Below the pieces are notes generated by a model. It did no database searches. It was given only the letters and a program-made list of their open reading frames with translations, and was not told the origin of the DNA. 64,000 nt of DNA from Octopus sinensis (taxonomy: Eukaryota): contig NW_021832385.1 of NCBI RefSeq assembly GCF_006345805.1, forward strand, positions 1 through 64,000. The letters are read 5' to 3'. The position numbers and the translations under genes are program-made. This document shows, piece by piece, positions 37,752 to 51,232 of the stretch. Position 1 is the stretch's first letter. Every line of letters begins with the position of its first letter.

Positions 37752-39420
37752 GGAATTTACAAAAAAAACTAGACGAAGATGGGTGTGTAAACAACAAACA
37801 GATGTTTTACACTCGGGAAATGAGAAAATCTTTTACATTTTGAACCTACGCTCTTCGACAGAAAGGAACCCAAAAATAAACAGGGAGAGAAAATAGTTTA
37901 GTGGTTAATGATCTATCATGGCGAATGCTGGACAGAGGGGTCGCACAGGAGAGCTAGGATGAAGGGGGGATAATAAAGTAGTGCTGATCTCAAAACGAAG
38001 GTTCGTATGCATGTGTATGTGAGAGTATGTATGTGCCTGTGGAAGGGGGCTTGTTATATTGACGTGTGCATATGTAGGTGTGTGGATGATTGTATAGGTG
38101 CTGGGAAGTAGTCAGTGCTAGTGATGTGATGTAGTGTGGTGTGATGGTGTGTGGTATGGTGTGGTGGAGGTGAGAGTGGGGGAAGCAAGGGTTGGTGTCT
38201 AACGGATGGGGTAGAGTGGGATGGGATGTATAATGATGGGGGGTTGGAATGTTTAGGGGTGGATAACGAGGCACAGGGTGATGATGAAGGGAGAGGGTGG
38301 AAGAGAGAAGGTTGGTAGGAGTGAAGAGAGTAAGTAGGTGCTAGAGCAAGAGAGGAGGGGTAGGTGTGAGGGGAAGAGAGGAGAGGAGGGTTAGAGGAAG
38401 CGAGAGGAGAGTTGAGCCCATGTGGTGCAAAGGAGCGAAGGGAGTAGATTAATCCCTGCTCATGGCAAAGACGGGAATCCGGATGGACCCTGTGCAAGGA
38501 CAGTCCGAACACAGACAGGTGTTGTAAAGAGTGACCGGCAGAGCAGAAATGGCACGAGACCATCGTGTCGTTGCCGAGACGAATGTCTCGGAGGTATTCC
38601 AAGAACCAGTCAGCCAGGCGGCGTCCCGTTTCACTGATTATAGAGAAGAGAAGAGACAGCAGGAGATGCAGCAGATGATGTTGTGAGAAGTTCAGATGAA
38701 GGAGTCAGTGATATGATAAGGTCGATGATGGGAGCCTGTGAGGAGGGTGATGCTGGAGAGGTAAGGGCAAGTACGGTAGCGTGGGCCGGAGCAGGGGAAC
38801 GAGCCGGATTGGGAAGTTGGGTTAGGGAAGAAGCTGTGGACCAAGAGGTCTCGTTGTTACCACATCAGTCTGTTGCTACCATTCCTCCAGATCTTCCTCT
38901 CACTGAAGCAGGGTGCTCACTCCTCAATAGTGGTCTGCTCATCATCCCACTCACTCTATCCAGCAATGAATTTCGTGCCGATACCCACAGTTTTGTGCGC
39001 CAGGTTAGGGAAACAACAGTAGGAAAAAGCAGAAAGTACAAAAAAGTTTACAAAATTTCAAATTTCAAAAGCTTCAAACGTCATGGTGTAAAGCAACGAA
39101 TATTTTCAAAAACTAACGAAGGAAATAAGTGGATATTTTACCGGTGAGTGTCTTAGTTTATAAGGCACCAAAAGAAAATGACTCTCCCCAGACACAACAG
39201 TATGTACCTATATGTATACATAGTGAGAATTTACCAAAAAAAAACAACAAAAGACGAAGATGGGTGTGTAAACAATAAGCAGATGTATTAATTTAACGCT
39301 CGGCAAGTGAAAAAGTCTTTTACGTTTCAAGCCTACGCTCTTCGACAGAAAGGGACACAGAAATAAACAGGGAAAGAAAATAGAAAAAGGTGTAGTGGCT
39401 AGGGATCTATCATGGCGAAT
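37748..39420 (-). mobile_element. Deleted Penelope-like element: ~190 bp direct repeats flanking a GIY-YIG C-terminal remnant
   Basis: Repeats at 37748-37927 and ~39221-39420. Minus-strand 38635-38410 reads ETGRRLADWFLEYLRDIRLGNDTMVSCHF...GHS...EQGLIYSLRSFAPHGLN. Confidence 0.8.
39317..39352 (-). ncRNA. Minimal hammerhead-like variant (CUGUCGA core)
   Basis: Minus strand reads cttt CTGTCGA a gagc-gtag-gctt GAAA CG TA aaag. A more decayed copy lies at 37830-37865. Confidence 0.5.
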
Positions 39421-39427
39421 GATATGT

Positions 39428-39471
<44 letters not shown>

Positions 39472-39472
39472 A

Positions 39473-39548
<76 letters not shown>

Positions 39549-39849
39549 TATATACATAAATATATATATATATAACTACCCTGAAACATGTCTGCAGATG
39601 TCTGACCCACAAGTGAAGCGGCTGACCTCCCCTGTTCGAAGGTTGTAATGGACGCAGGTTCGTGTGTCATATAGCTAGCTAGAGGCGATGGCCTCTTGGA
39701 GCTAATCAGCGACAGCTTTAATCTTATCTTTATGGACTGCCATATTAGTTTGGCGATAACTATTAATATATAAATATATATATACATATATGTATATATA
39801 CATATATATATATGTAAATATATACATATATATATAATATCCTTAAATA

Positions 39850-40700
39850 ATTCCAAGACTGAACACTATCCCCCCCCCAGTTGTAATTGTAGGATTAGAT
39901 CAAATTGTCCGGTATCTGGTCGTTGTTCGGTCCAAAATGTAATTTATAAATGCACGATAACTTCTAACAATAGCTTTCTTTATTTCGGATGTTCAGTAGA
40001 TTTTAAAAAACGTCTCAACAATCATTTTTCCTCTTTGAGACTAAAACATAAGGCAGGTCGCACTACACTATCTAGCAAAATTTGGGAACTAAAAACAAAT
40101 AATATATGATTCAACCTAAAATGGGATATAGTTAGAAGGGCGAAACCTTATAGAAATAGTAGGGAAGGTTGTCAACTTTGTTCTATGGAAACTTATGAAA
40201 TTTTAAAGCATCGAAGTAATAAAATCTGTTGAATAATCGTCTGGAGTTGGGAGCATCTTGCATACATTCCACAACTCGAACGTTTAAATACTTTAAATAA
40301 AAATTTCAACTTTTATTATAATAATATTAAGAAATATACTATACTAGCCTTCAACTTAACTTTCATAGATGACTAGAATAACTTCACTGTAATCTTGAAA
40401 TTGGAACTCTTCCTAAATCTAATCTAGTTTAAAATTTAAAGCTGTAGTTTTGGTCAGTTAGCGACTGAACTTCACAACCTCATATGTTCTTAAAATTTAA
40501 ATCTACATCTTTATCTGTATATCTACCTTCTCTAAAATGTTACTACTTGATTTGAAAGCTTTTATATTATTGGAAAACCTATATAATTGGCTGAAGAGCA
40601 TTCAGCATCTTAAATCTGCTGTAATTCTTACAACTTTTAATAAAATGTTGTAGTACGAAACAATTGTACCAAATTACCGGAGTCATTCTTGTTGCTATTT
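39850..40700 (+). mobile_element. 5'-truncated Penelope-like element: GIY-YIG domain + 3' UTR
   Basis: From ~39880 the DNA reads CNCRIRSNCPVSGRCSVQNVIYKCTI...SYFGCS..FKKRLNNH...LSSKIWELK...W.I...KPY...CQLC..E. Confidence 0.85.
40587..40672 (+). ncRNA. Type I hammerhead ribozyme, family G (branched 59-nt stem II)
   Basis: ttgg CTGAAGA ...cagca/tgctg...tacaac/gttgta... GAAA CAATTG TA ccaa. Confidence 0.78.
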
Positions 40701-40928
40701 TTGATTATATATACGTATATCTATATATACATATATATGTATAGATATATACATATATATATGTATATATACATATATATATATGTAAATATATATACAT
40801 ATTTATATATATACATATATATATGTATATGTATACATATATTTATATATATATATATGTGTGTATATGTACACATATATTTATATATATACATAAACAA
40901 GAAAAAAGCAACAAGAATGGATTTGTTG

Positions 40929-41017
40929 TTCAGTACAATTGTTTCATACGAAGAACAGTTTTATTAAAAGCTGCAAATATTGCAGCAAATACAAGTGTCC
41001 CGTATTCATCAGCCAAA
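40929..41017 (-). ncRNA. Type I hammerhead ribozyme, diverged relative of family G
   Basis: Minus strand reads tttgg CTGATGA atacg...gctgca/tgcagc...cgtat GAAA CAATTG TA ctgaa. Confidence 0.78.
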
Positions 41018-42965
41018 ATACATATGAGTTTTCCAAACATCCTAGTGGGTGAGGCTACACTCATGAAGTTATCGAAGAGAGTTCTATAAAAAGCAAATTT
41101 AGATTGTAAGCAGACTTCAAAAGTTCTCTAATGATGCACAGATTTATAAAAGGTTTTTAAAAAGTTTGTTAGTTTCACAGAAAAGGTAAATCCATCCATA
41201 ATAATGTAGGTGTAATTTCCGGAGATATGAGGAGATATTTCATACTCAGAGACGATGAATTTATCCATAACAAAGTAGGTATAATTTCCTGATATATGAG
41301 AAGATGCTGATCACATTGTGAAATGAACAGAAATGTGATCAGCATTGAAACTTTTGTATCATCTGCATAACTTGTGATCGTGGCTCTCTGCATGGCTGAG
41401 GGCATGTCTGAGAGGGCCATTACGAACAGCAGTGGTCCCAGAACAGTGCCTTGCGGAACACCGCTCACTATTTGCATGTCATTGGAGGTGGCCCCATTGG
41501 CTACTACCACCTGACTTCTATCCTTCAGAAAGTCATGAAGCCATTCTCCCAATTTTCCAACTATGCCAAGATCACGCTTTTTTTTGACATATCATTCCAT
41601 GATCGACTTTATCAAAGGCCTTTGCAAAGGCGAGATATATCACTTCCAAATTTAAGTGGTTGAGCAGCTGTTTCAGCACCCAGTCATAGCGTTGTAAGAG
41701 CTGTGTGAAGCAGCTTCTTCCTGATCGGAAACCATGTTGGGTGTCGGGCAGCAAGTCATTTTCTTCAAGGAAGGCGATTAGTTTTCTTCTGACTATTTGT
41801 TCCATGACCTTGCTGATGTGTGAGGTTAGAGAGATAGGTCTGTAGTTCTTGGCCTCCGCTCTGCTATCTCCATTATGAATAGGGCATATTTTACCCTCCT
41901 TCAGTTTTTTTGAAAATTTACCAGTTGCAACGAAGCTCTGAAAGAGGGGCTGCAGTGGTCTGGCTAGGACTCGCTTACATACTTTTAGAAGGATTGCTGG
42001 GAATCCATCGGGGCCAGTAGCTGAGTTTGGGTTCATTTCATCTATAGCCTTTATTACATCGTCTTCCTTTATATCGATGTAATCAATCATCATTGCCTCT
42101 ATTTTTATATCTGCAGTAAAGAAGTCAGTTGGATTACTGACTTGAAAATGCCCTAGGAGTGGAGTGAAAATACTTTTCAATTGCTCATTTATCCTCATCG
42201 GATTTCCTGTGAGTGTACCATCTTTTTCGAAGAGTGGCTCTATCCTGCAGTGCACTGAAGCTGTTTATTTGGCAAACTTGTAGAAAAATCTGGGGTTAGA
42301 TTTTATATTGTCTATAGCCCAGGCTTCTTTGTCTGCTCTTTCTTGTCCATGGGAGAGTTGCAGACTTTTTTCAATTTCCAGCAGTTGTATTTTCAGGCAG
42401 GACTTTTCACTGCTTTCAATGTGTTTGTTTAGGCGATTTGAAACTTTTGTATCTGGGGATTTTGTTCTTGTGTACAATGGCCTTTCTCTCTGGGACACAT
42501 TTGCAGCATATGGCTTGCATTACAGACATGAATTGTTAAAGTTTCATGTCAATGTCCGGTGAGGAGAAACATTTAGGCCAGTTTGTTTGAGGATCTCTTT
42601 CTCAATTTGTTTCCAGTTTGCCTTATGGAAGTTCAAGCTGGAAAGATTCTGAGAGTTTCTTGTAGGTTGCATGTCCATGCTTTCCTTTAGCCCGTACATG
42701 GTCAGCTCTACTATGTTGTAATCTGAGAGTAGTGTTGGTGTCACTTTCACATTATGGATGAGATCCATATTATTTGTGAAGCAGAGATCCAGTATGTTAC
42801 CTGCCCTCATTGGTTGGAGTACTATTTGCTCCATGTACAAAGTGTTGATGAGGTTCAGGAGGGACCTCACCTGTCCTTGTTTGCATCGTATCATTCCTGG
42901 GAGAGAAAGGCCTTCAGGCCATCTGACATTGGGCAGATTGGAGTCTTCCATAAGAAGTACACATA

Positions 42966-44261
42966 CGAGGGGCGTTCAATAAGTAATGCCTCTGACCCAC
43001 TTGCAGTTGTTTGATCTAGCATTGTTTGAATTACATGTGCAATTATTTATATCTCTATAGATTAAGTGGCAAATTACAGCTCTGAACTTTTTGTGGTTTC
43101 TGAAATACAGGTGTTTGAACTGAGTCAAGTGTGAAATGGAGCCTGTTGAGTGTCGAGCAGTTATCCGGTTTTTTGTATTTGAAAGGACGCTCACCACAGG
43201 AGACTTTTGATGAAATGAAAGTAACTTATGGTGATGATGCCCCATCATATGACCTTGTAAAACGCTGGCATCGTGAATTCAAACATGGTTGGAACTCTGC
43301 GGAAACAGCTCCCAGATCTGGTCGCCCCCCTCCTGCCATTGATGAGGCATCTGTCCATCAAGTTGAGGCTGCCATTTTGGAAGATCGACGCATAACTATT
43401 CGCCAAATAGCCCATGAGGTCAAGTTTAGTACCGGGTCTGTGGAAACTATCATTCATGACCATTTGCATATGCAAAAGGTGTCTGCCAGATGGATTCCCA
43501 GGTTGCTCACACCTTTCCAGAAGCAAGAACGCGTCGAGTGCTCGAGGATGAATTTGGAGATGTGCCAAGAAGATGAGTCAAAGTTTTTCAAAAGACTGAT
43601 TACACAGGATGAAACCTGGATCCATCACTATGATCCAGACACCAAAGCCCAGTCAATGCAGTGGAAGCACCGTGACTCACCTCCTCCCAAGAAGGCAAGG
43701 GTGCAGCCCTCCGCTGGCAAGGTCATGCTCACAGTCTTCTGGGGCCAGGACGGAGTAGTGATGACAGATTTCCTGGCAAAGGGTACCACAATTACAGGAG
43801 CCTATTATGCTTCACTTTTGAGGAAATTAAGAGAAGCTATCAAAATGAAGAGGTGGGGAAAGATCAGCAAAGGCATCCTCCTCCTGCAGGACAACGCTCC
43901 GGTCTACAACTCGCGTGTTGCCAGATCAGAAGCACAGGCGTGCAGCTATTAACTCCTCCCCTATCCCCCTACTCTCCTGACCTTGCACCCTCCGATTTTC
44001 ACCTCTTCCCAGCCATGAAGTTGTTTTTGAAAGGAAAGCGTTTCCCAGATGATGCAGCCTTGATTTCTGAAGTCACGTCGTGGTTGGAGGACCAAGCTGG
44101 GGTCTTCTACAAAAACGGTCTCCAGAGTTGCATCAAACGATGGGAGAAATGTGTAACTCTGAGTGGTTCCTATGTAGAAAAAGACTAATAACTGTGCCAA
44201 GTTTCGTTGCTCTACTGCTATGGGAATTGGGTCAGGAGCATTACTTATTGAACGCCCCTCG
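42966..44261 (+). mobile_element. Mariner (DD34D) DNA transposon, ~1.3 kb, with terminal inverted repeats and TA target duplication
   Basis: TA|cgaggggcgttcaataagtaatgc ... gcattacttattgaacgcccctcg|TA. Removing it restores the LINE APE sequence. Confidence 0.96.
43136..44188 (+). pseudogene. Mariner transposase, disrupted near 43170 and 43950
   Basis: MEPVECRAVIRF..., SARWIPRLL, ITQDETW, LLQDNAP, PYSPDLAPSDFHLF. Confidence 0.93.
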
Positions 44262-45117
44262 TATGTATGGTTCTAATGTGACTAGAACTTCTATTTTTGC
44301 AAGGCAGTCTTCAAACTTGCCTACATGGCCTGGAGCATCTGGAGGGCTATATGTTGCACATATAACTACACCGAGTTGCCTTATATGTACAATTAGTGTG
44401 TCACATACTAAATTTGAGTGTGACAAAAGGATCTGAGGTGTGAGGTCTTCGTGGATGTACATAGCAACTCCACCATGACTTCTTTCTTTTCTGTCAGTCC
44501 TTAATACAACATACTGTGGTATGTGTATTTCTGCATTTGCTATATCTGGTTTCAGGTGTGCTATGCATAAGGCTTGATTGCATGCAACAAGGTCTCTTAA
44601 GAAAGGGATTTTTGTCCTGTTACTGAGTGTTAGCAGTCCTCTGATGTTCAGTAGAAGCATCGGGGTGATGTGTGTGTTGTTACCAGTGGTGTTAACCTTG
44701 GGTCTATTTGCTGTGGTGGTCTTGTGTATTGTGGATAGTCCCATCTGTGAGATTGATGGAGTCAGGTCAGCTGCTGTACAAACTTTTGTGCCATGCACAA
44801 AAAAAGATTGTTGTTCAGCAGCTGCCCTTTCAATAACATGTCGATGGGTTTGGTTTGTAGCATGCACTACATCTGCGTACCTCCGTTTTGGGGCAGGTGG
44901 TGCGTAGTCCTTTCCTTTTGGCAGGTGGCTTCTGCCCTGCTTCATGTTTATGTGGTGGGGTCGCGGGGTCTTTGGTGTGCTAAACAGAAGCCTGCACCTA
45001 CCTCACCATGCCAGCAGACAACTTTCAAGTAGAATTTACACATTCGTGTATGCTGTCTCTTTTTATCCTTTTTGTTATATGGATAGTCATGTTTACTTCT
45101 TTCCTTGGCTGTATATG

Positions 45118-45175
<58 letters not shown>

Positions 45176-45212
45176 TAGATATAAATATATATACATATAT
45201 ATATACATTATT

Positions 45213-45680
45213 TTTCTTCTGTAGTTTCAGCTCAGAGCTGCGGCCATGCCCATGCACAGCTGTTTTGCTACTCTTATATGTGGCATTTGGTGAAGAATGG
45301 ATTTTGGTGTAGCTATCCTCATTTGCACCTCTTCCTGTGAGGTAGGTTAATCTGGGACTTGTCATTCAGTGTCTCACTGATCCCAGTTGAACTGTCCGTG
45401 AAGGAACCATTCTTTTGGAAGAAGGGTCCTATCTTGCAGCGTACTTAGGCTGTGTCTTTCGTGTATTGAAAGAAGGCCTTTGAGTTTGACTTATTGTTTT
45501 TTTTATAATCTTGGCTTCTTTGTTTTCTCTCGCCCTCACATAGGATTGTTGCAGGTTTTTTAAAATCACTATCAGTATTGTTTTTAGGCGGGACATTTCG
45601 TTACTTTTGCGATGTTGGTTGAGTCGATTTGCAACCTTCGTCCGTCGTCTCTTCATCCCACTTGGAATCTTGTTCCTATG
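45213..45680 (-). mobile_element. Internally deleted LINE remnant (mid-ORF2 piece joined to the 3' end)
   Basis: RNKIPSGMKRRRTKVANRLNQH... then gatgaacctacc-like 3' sequence and catggccgcagctctgagctgaaac. Confidence 0.75.
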
Positions 45681-45744
45681 TATATATATATATATATATT
45701 TATATATACACATACATATATATGTGTGTCTATATTTATACATA

Positions 45745-45775
<31 letters not shown>

Positions 45776-45779
45776 TAAA

Positions 45780-47660
45780 AATGAGTGAAAAAACTACAGA
45801 AGGCTTGTGTTATAAGGTTAAAGAATATATTTAAGTCGTTATGTTAGAAAAGTGTTATAAAAAGTTTTGTATAGTAACATAGTTTTTGGAGAAATAACCG
45901 GTTTCGTATTTTCTTTTCAAAGTTCTTTATCTACACCGTGTCATGTCTTCGCTATGTAGTATGGGGTTCCATGCAGGGGAAGGTAATCAGGGATTTCTTC
46001 CGGTATAAGGGAGATAATCGCTTTATATTTTTTCAATGAGATGAGTTTCCTTGTTTAAAAATGTTAGAAATGGTTAAGTTTTGGCTTATATTTTTTAATG
46101 AAGAATGTTTCCTTGCTTAATCTAACTTGTGTTGGTGTTCCAATAGCACATTGATAGAATGGAAAGATTAAAAATCGTGGTAGTAGTTGCTTTGCGCATT
46201 TCTCAATGTTTACTAAAGTGTATCATTCTGTATTCTGGGAATGCAATCTATTGTCGATGCAGAGTGCATCTGCGTCTGAGCGATAATACCATGGACCCTA
46301 TGTAGTTTTGGTGGCAGCCCGAGTATCTTAGCTTTTCTGAAGCTCAAGTAAAATTAGATTTGATCTTGAATTTTTGTCCCTCTTTGAAGAGGAATTCTGA
46401 TCCTTCTAGAAGGTTTGGGCATCTTGCGCAGTTTGGTCTACCACATTTTTTGACTTTTGCATCCGTTATTTCAGAAAACAATTTTGCCTTTGTGAGGATC
46501 TTTTTTAGTGATTTAGGTTGTTTGTAGCTTTTAATGGTTTTATGTATGTTTAAAATTTCCTTTAATTTGGGGTCCTTATGAAGCATTGGTAAATTCTGGG
46601 TGATGATGGTGAAGGCTTCTTTGTTTCTGGGGTTGTATGTGGATATGTAAGGCAGTATTTTCGGGGAATGTGTGTTGCTGTGTTGCACTTTTTAAAGTTT
46701 CTATGTTGATCTCTGTTGCACGTCTGATTCCATCCTCTATGAGTTGAACTGGGTAGTGTCTGTCAATTAGGGTGTTTTTGAGTTCTTGTAGTCTAAAGTT
46801 TCTGGTATTTTGTTCTGACACTATTGTGCATATCCTTCTTGCAAGGTTGAAGGGGATGTTTGTTTTAATGTGTTTTGGGTGGCATGAATCAAAAAGTAGG
46901 TACTGTTTGGCATCTGTGGTTTTGTAAAATATGTCTGTTTCTATTTTTAGGTTAATTTTTTAAGAATGGAAGCTCCTTTTGGTAGTATTTCATTGTGAAC
47001 TGTATGTTTGGGTTGACGCCGTTCAATAGGTTTTTGAATTTTAAGAGTTTATCTGTGTTTTCATTCCAGAATATAAAACAGTCGTCTAGGAATCTTTTCC
47101 ATTTCTCTTTTATGTATTGGGAAAGGGGGTTTCCAAAGGTCGATAAAGATTCCTGGTATATTATTACCTTCAGGTAGCCCATTGTTAGGTTTGCAATGAC
47201 TGGTGCTGCCCTTGTACCCATAGCAATTCCGGATTTTTTACGGTAAAACGTATTGTCAAACATGAAGTGGTTATTTTGTAGGATGAATGCAACCAATTTA
47301 GTAATGAATTCTTTACTGATCCTTTTTGATATTTCTTCCAGAAATTGGTCCAGCCAGAACTGAATTGCCTCTAGTCCATAATTATGAGGTATACTGGTAT
47401 ATAAATTAACTACATCAAATGAAACCATGGTTGTTTCTTCCTTGACTTTTTTGGAAGGTGACATAACATATCCAAGTCATCTCTGATATGGCTATCGATG
47501 TGTTTAAGGAAGGGTTTCGGGAGGATGTCCATAAATAGACTTAGTCTGTGTGTTTCATAGGCTGGGCCAGCTACAATGGGTCGTAGTTTTAGGTTCCCCG
47601 GGTTTGGTGTATGTATGTACGTCTTTGGTGATTTTTTAATGGTTTCATTTATAATCTGGT
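45780..47660 (-). mobile_element. 5'-truncated Penelope/Poseidon- or Neptune-type PLE (RT + GIY-YIG), degenerate
   Basis: LRPIVAGP, SFDVVNLYTSIP, GIAMGTRAAPVIANLTMGY, RFLDDCF, CGRPNCARC. A different clade from the GLYRDD-type PLEs in this window. Confidence 0.9.
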
Positions 47661-47836
47661 TTATGTGTATGCATATTATTATGTATATACTTATATATAT
47701 GTATATTTAGGTGTATATACACTTATATGTATATGTAAATATGTACATATGCATATTTTTGTATATGTGTACCTTGTTTAATATTCATATTTGCATTTTA
47801 TATCTTCATTTTATATCTTTATAATTGTACTTTATA

Positions 47837-47962
47837 ATTTCTGACGAGGCCTTGAGATATATATATAAGTAACTCATTTTTAATTGCATATTACCTCAAT
47901 ACATCTGACTAATATGGGCATAATGAGATACTCTTATCTACAGGCTGAAATAGCTGTAAGAT
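47837..47962 (+). ncRNA. Type I hammerhead ribozyme, family H (99-nt stem II)
   Basis: attt CTGACGA ggcct...aggct GAAA TAGCTG TA agat. Confidence 0.78.
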
Positions 47963-48441
47963 CCATTTTATATGTATTATTCTTATGTTATTATCTTACT
48001 TATTGATGTATATTGTTATATTGTTTTATTCTGTCTTATTCTGCTGGATTTGTATGTTCCTATTTAATCTAAAAAATTAGTTAATAAATTATATGAATTG
48101 GTATTATCTGGAAATTGAGGACTGAAAGAAATCTATTCCTCCATTTTCTTACTTTGTATAATGAATTTGAGGTAAAACATTTTACCTTCCCCATATAATA
48201 CAATAAATCAATTAATTGCATTGCAATTCTTAGCATTTATGTATTAGCCTTCTGGGTACTTTACTGGCAGTATATTGGATAAATGATATCCCATAGTGGG
48301 TTACACTCATAACCCCTATCTCACTTTGTACTTTTAAGTTATTTTTCTGAGGAATTTGAATTGCTAATACTTATGTACATGAAGTATCTACTCAGATGGT
48401 ATAAGTGAATGCATCCAAGTATAGTACATCAATTCCACAGG

Positions 48442-51232
48442 ATGATTACTGCTGGTAAAACGGAGAAGATCCTGATCAATTCATCAATGAAAGATGTACC
48501 CATTCCAACTAAGGATCACTACACTAAAGAGCTTATTTAGAGAATAAACGATTTTATACGCAGGATTAGATGGAAAGTATTCCACCATGAAAAAAATATT
48601 AGAAAAGTGAACCAGGAAGGAAGTAATGACCCCAACCGTAATGGAACAAGAAGTAACTATGAGGAAGCAATTAAACTAACGGGAAACACCTTCAAATCTA
48701 AGAAATCACCACCACCAAACAAACATCTGGAAAACTTCGAGCAGGAATTATGGGACACCATCAGAAATATTAAATTTAAAAACCACCCATTGAGGAACAA
48801 TCCGTACCAAAGAAAATTAAAGGAATTAATAAGAACTCTTAAGGGTAAGAATGGTATATTAACCCATTCTGACAAAACTAGTAACATTTACAATATTGAC
48901 ATTCTTACATACCACGAATTATTGCATAAAGAAATTACGAAGAAGTATAAGATTGTACCCTTTGATACACTCAGAAAATTAAACTTAGAGGCTAAGGAAA
49001 TCATGTTTGGTTACTATCTAGAAGATAAAACTGAACCCTATACTCCCATTAGACCGAGAATTATAATTAAGGATCACAAGGATAATTTCCTTGGTAATAC
49101 ACAGGTTAGACTGATTTGTCCTACCAAGTCTGACTTAGGTAAATTAAGCAAACTAATCCTTGACAAATACTTACCAACTATACGAAACAAAATTAAGCTG
49201 TCTTTGGAAAAATATACAGGGTACACTGGATTGGTTCTCTAGCATTAAGGTTAGTAATGATAGTAACAATAAATTTATCCAACTAGATATACAGAACTAT
49301 TACTCTTCTATAAACCCTATTATACTGAACCAGGCTTTAATTTTTGCTAGGAGACACACTATCATAAGTATGAGGGAAATCAAGGTTATTTTAACGGCTA
49401 GAAAAACAGTAATAGAATTTGATAAATTATGGGCTAGGAAGGACACACCCAACTTATTTGACATCACTATGGGATCGCCGGATTCAGCGGAAGTGACAGA
49501 TTTAGTAGGGATGTATTTACTAGATAATTTAAATAAGGAATTCCCTGAATTGAAGGGCGGCCTATATAGAGACTATGCTTTGTTTTTAGTTAAGAATAAA
49601 TCTAATAGAAGACTAGATTTACTGAAAAAACGACTGCACAAATTTTTAAAGAGTTTTGGTTTATCTATAATTATTGAAAATGAAAATTACTCTGTCAATT
49701 ATTTATATGTTAATTGCAACCTTACAAATGGGATACATGAACCTTATTTTAAACCTAATTCTAATTATAAACTACTCTAGCAATCACCCCCCTCAAATTA
49801 AAAGGTCACTTTTGCTTAGCATTAGTCAGAGAATCTCTTATCTATCCTCGAACGCGGATATATTTAATAGACATAGTGAAAAATATAACTCTGCATTACA
49901 TAAGGCAGGTTATACGGGTAAAATTAAGTATATACCTAGTAACAACCTTAGGAATAGAAGTAGATCTACTACTACAATACAAATGGATTGGGCAGGGATA
50001 ATGGCAACTCTAGGGTAACGAGCAATAAGGTATATAATATTGTGAATGGTAATAATACAAGTAACGGTGTAAACAGAGCTAATGATCTTATATTAAATAA
50101 CTTAGCACATAACATTAATATTAATAATAATAATATTAATAATAATAAACATAAAAATAATATTAATAATATTTACGGAAATTGAAAAACTTGTTTACAC
50201 CATAGTAACAATACCAATTATGACAAGGATTTTAGTCATAATTTTGGTAATATAAATCATAGAAAGTGTAGGGGAAGTAAGAGGAATAGGGTATTTGTTA
50301 ATAATAGGAATTTGATAGGTAACCCACATAGTGGAAATGATGCACTATGGCTGATAATTCCATATGCTATGCAAATTAAAACTGACATAGTTGGAATTAT
50401 CCATAGTTTATTGTACAAGCATTTTGAGAAGGGAAAGAATAAATATTGTAACATAATTAATAATAATTAAACTATTAGAATAGGATACAGCCTTACTCAT
50501 AATTTAGCCACCATTATATCCTCCTTTGATAATAGAAAATTAGACCATTTCTATAGTGATAGAAAGATAAACATGGGTAGCAGTAATGTGCCTCACTACA
50601 ACTTGAGATTTAATAATTTTAACATTGCGAGTGTGAGTAGCCCGTACGGAGGTAATAATAGCGCTATTTCTGTAGCGATGAATAGCAACTTGGTTGATGA
50701 TATTGGTATTTGTAGTAGTAGTTCTAACGATTTGAATAATATTAATAATGTTAAATATAGACCACCGTTGAATATAGGAATAAGTATTGAGAATGATGTT
50801 AACATTATCAATAATAATATTGATGCCGAGAATCGTAATAAGGTTAAACTTTTTCAATCAGATAACAGCTGCAATTTCAGAATTAAAGACAACTGTGTGT
50901 TCAATAATGAATGCTTGAAAAAAGAGGTGGTTTACCAATGTATTGTGAGTACACAATATGATAGTAGGGTATATATTGGTGCTACTAAAAATAGTAGGAA
51001 TAGAAATAGGATTAATTCTACAGGGTTAAGTACATATATTTGGGAGCTTAAGAGCAAGAGTATAGATTGGAAAATACTTACTTCTGCATCAGCGTATAAT
51101 AATAGAACTAGAAAATGCTCTTTATGCATCAATGAAATTTTCTTTATTATCAAAGCTAATTTACCTATTATTAAGGAGCGTAATGGGTCTTGCCTTCATA
51201 GGCTAGCGTATACTTTCTCTAGATTTAAATAG
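48442..51232 (+). pseudogene. PLE RT + GIY-YIG ORF with stops/frameshifts, YRDD changed to YRDY, Asn-rich inserts
   Basis: SSMKDVPIP, SDKTSNIY, KDHKDNF, FDITMGSPDSAEVTDLVG, CNFRIKDNCVFNNECLKKEVVY, VYIGAT, CSLCINE. Confidence 0.9.

Larger units (their letters stand above)
41345..45110 (-). mobile_element. CR1/L2-group LINE copy (CCCH region of ORF1 through RT YADD), split by a Mariner
   Basis: ORFs 44948 (CKFYLKVVCWHGEVGAGFCLAH), 44241, 42544, 42265, 41572 and 41175. Confidence 0.92.

Noticed and set aside
45891-45928. Minus-strand GAAACCGGTT palindrome in the 3' region of the Poseidon/Neptune-type PLE
   Set aside because: The position suits a hammerhead, but no CTGAnGA core or stem II can be read; too decayed to call.
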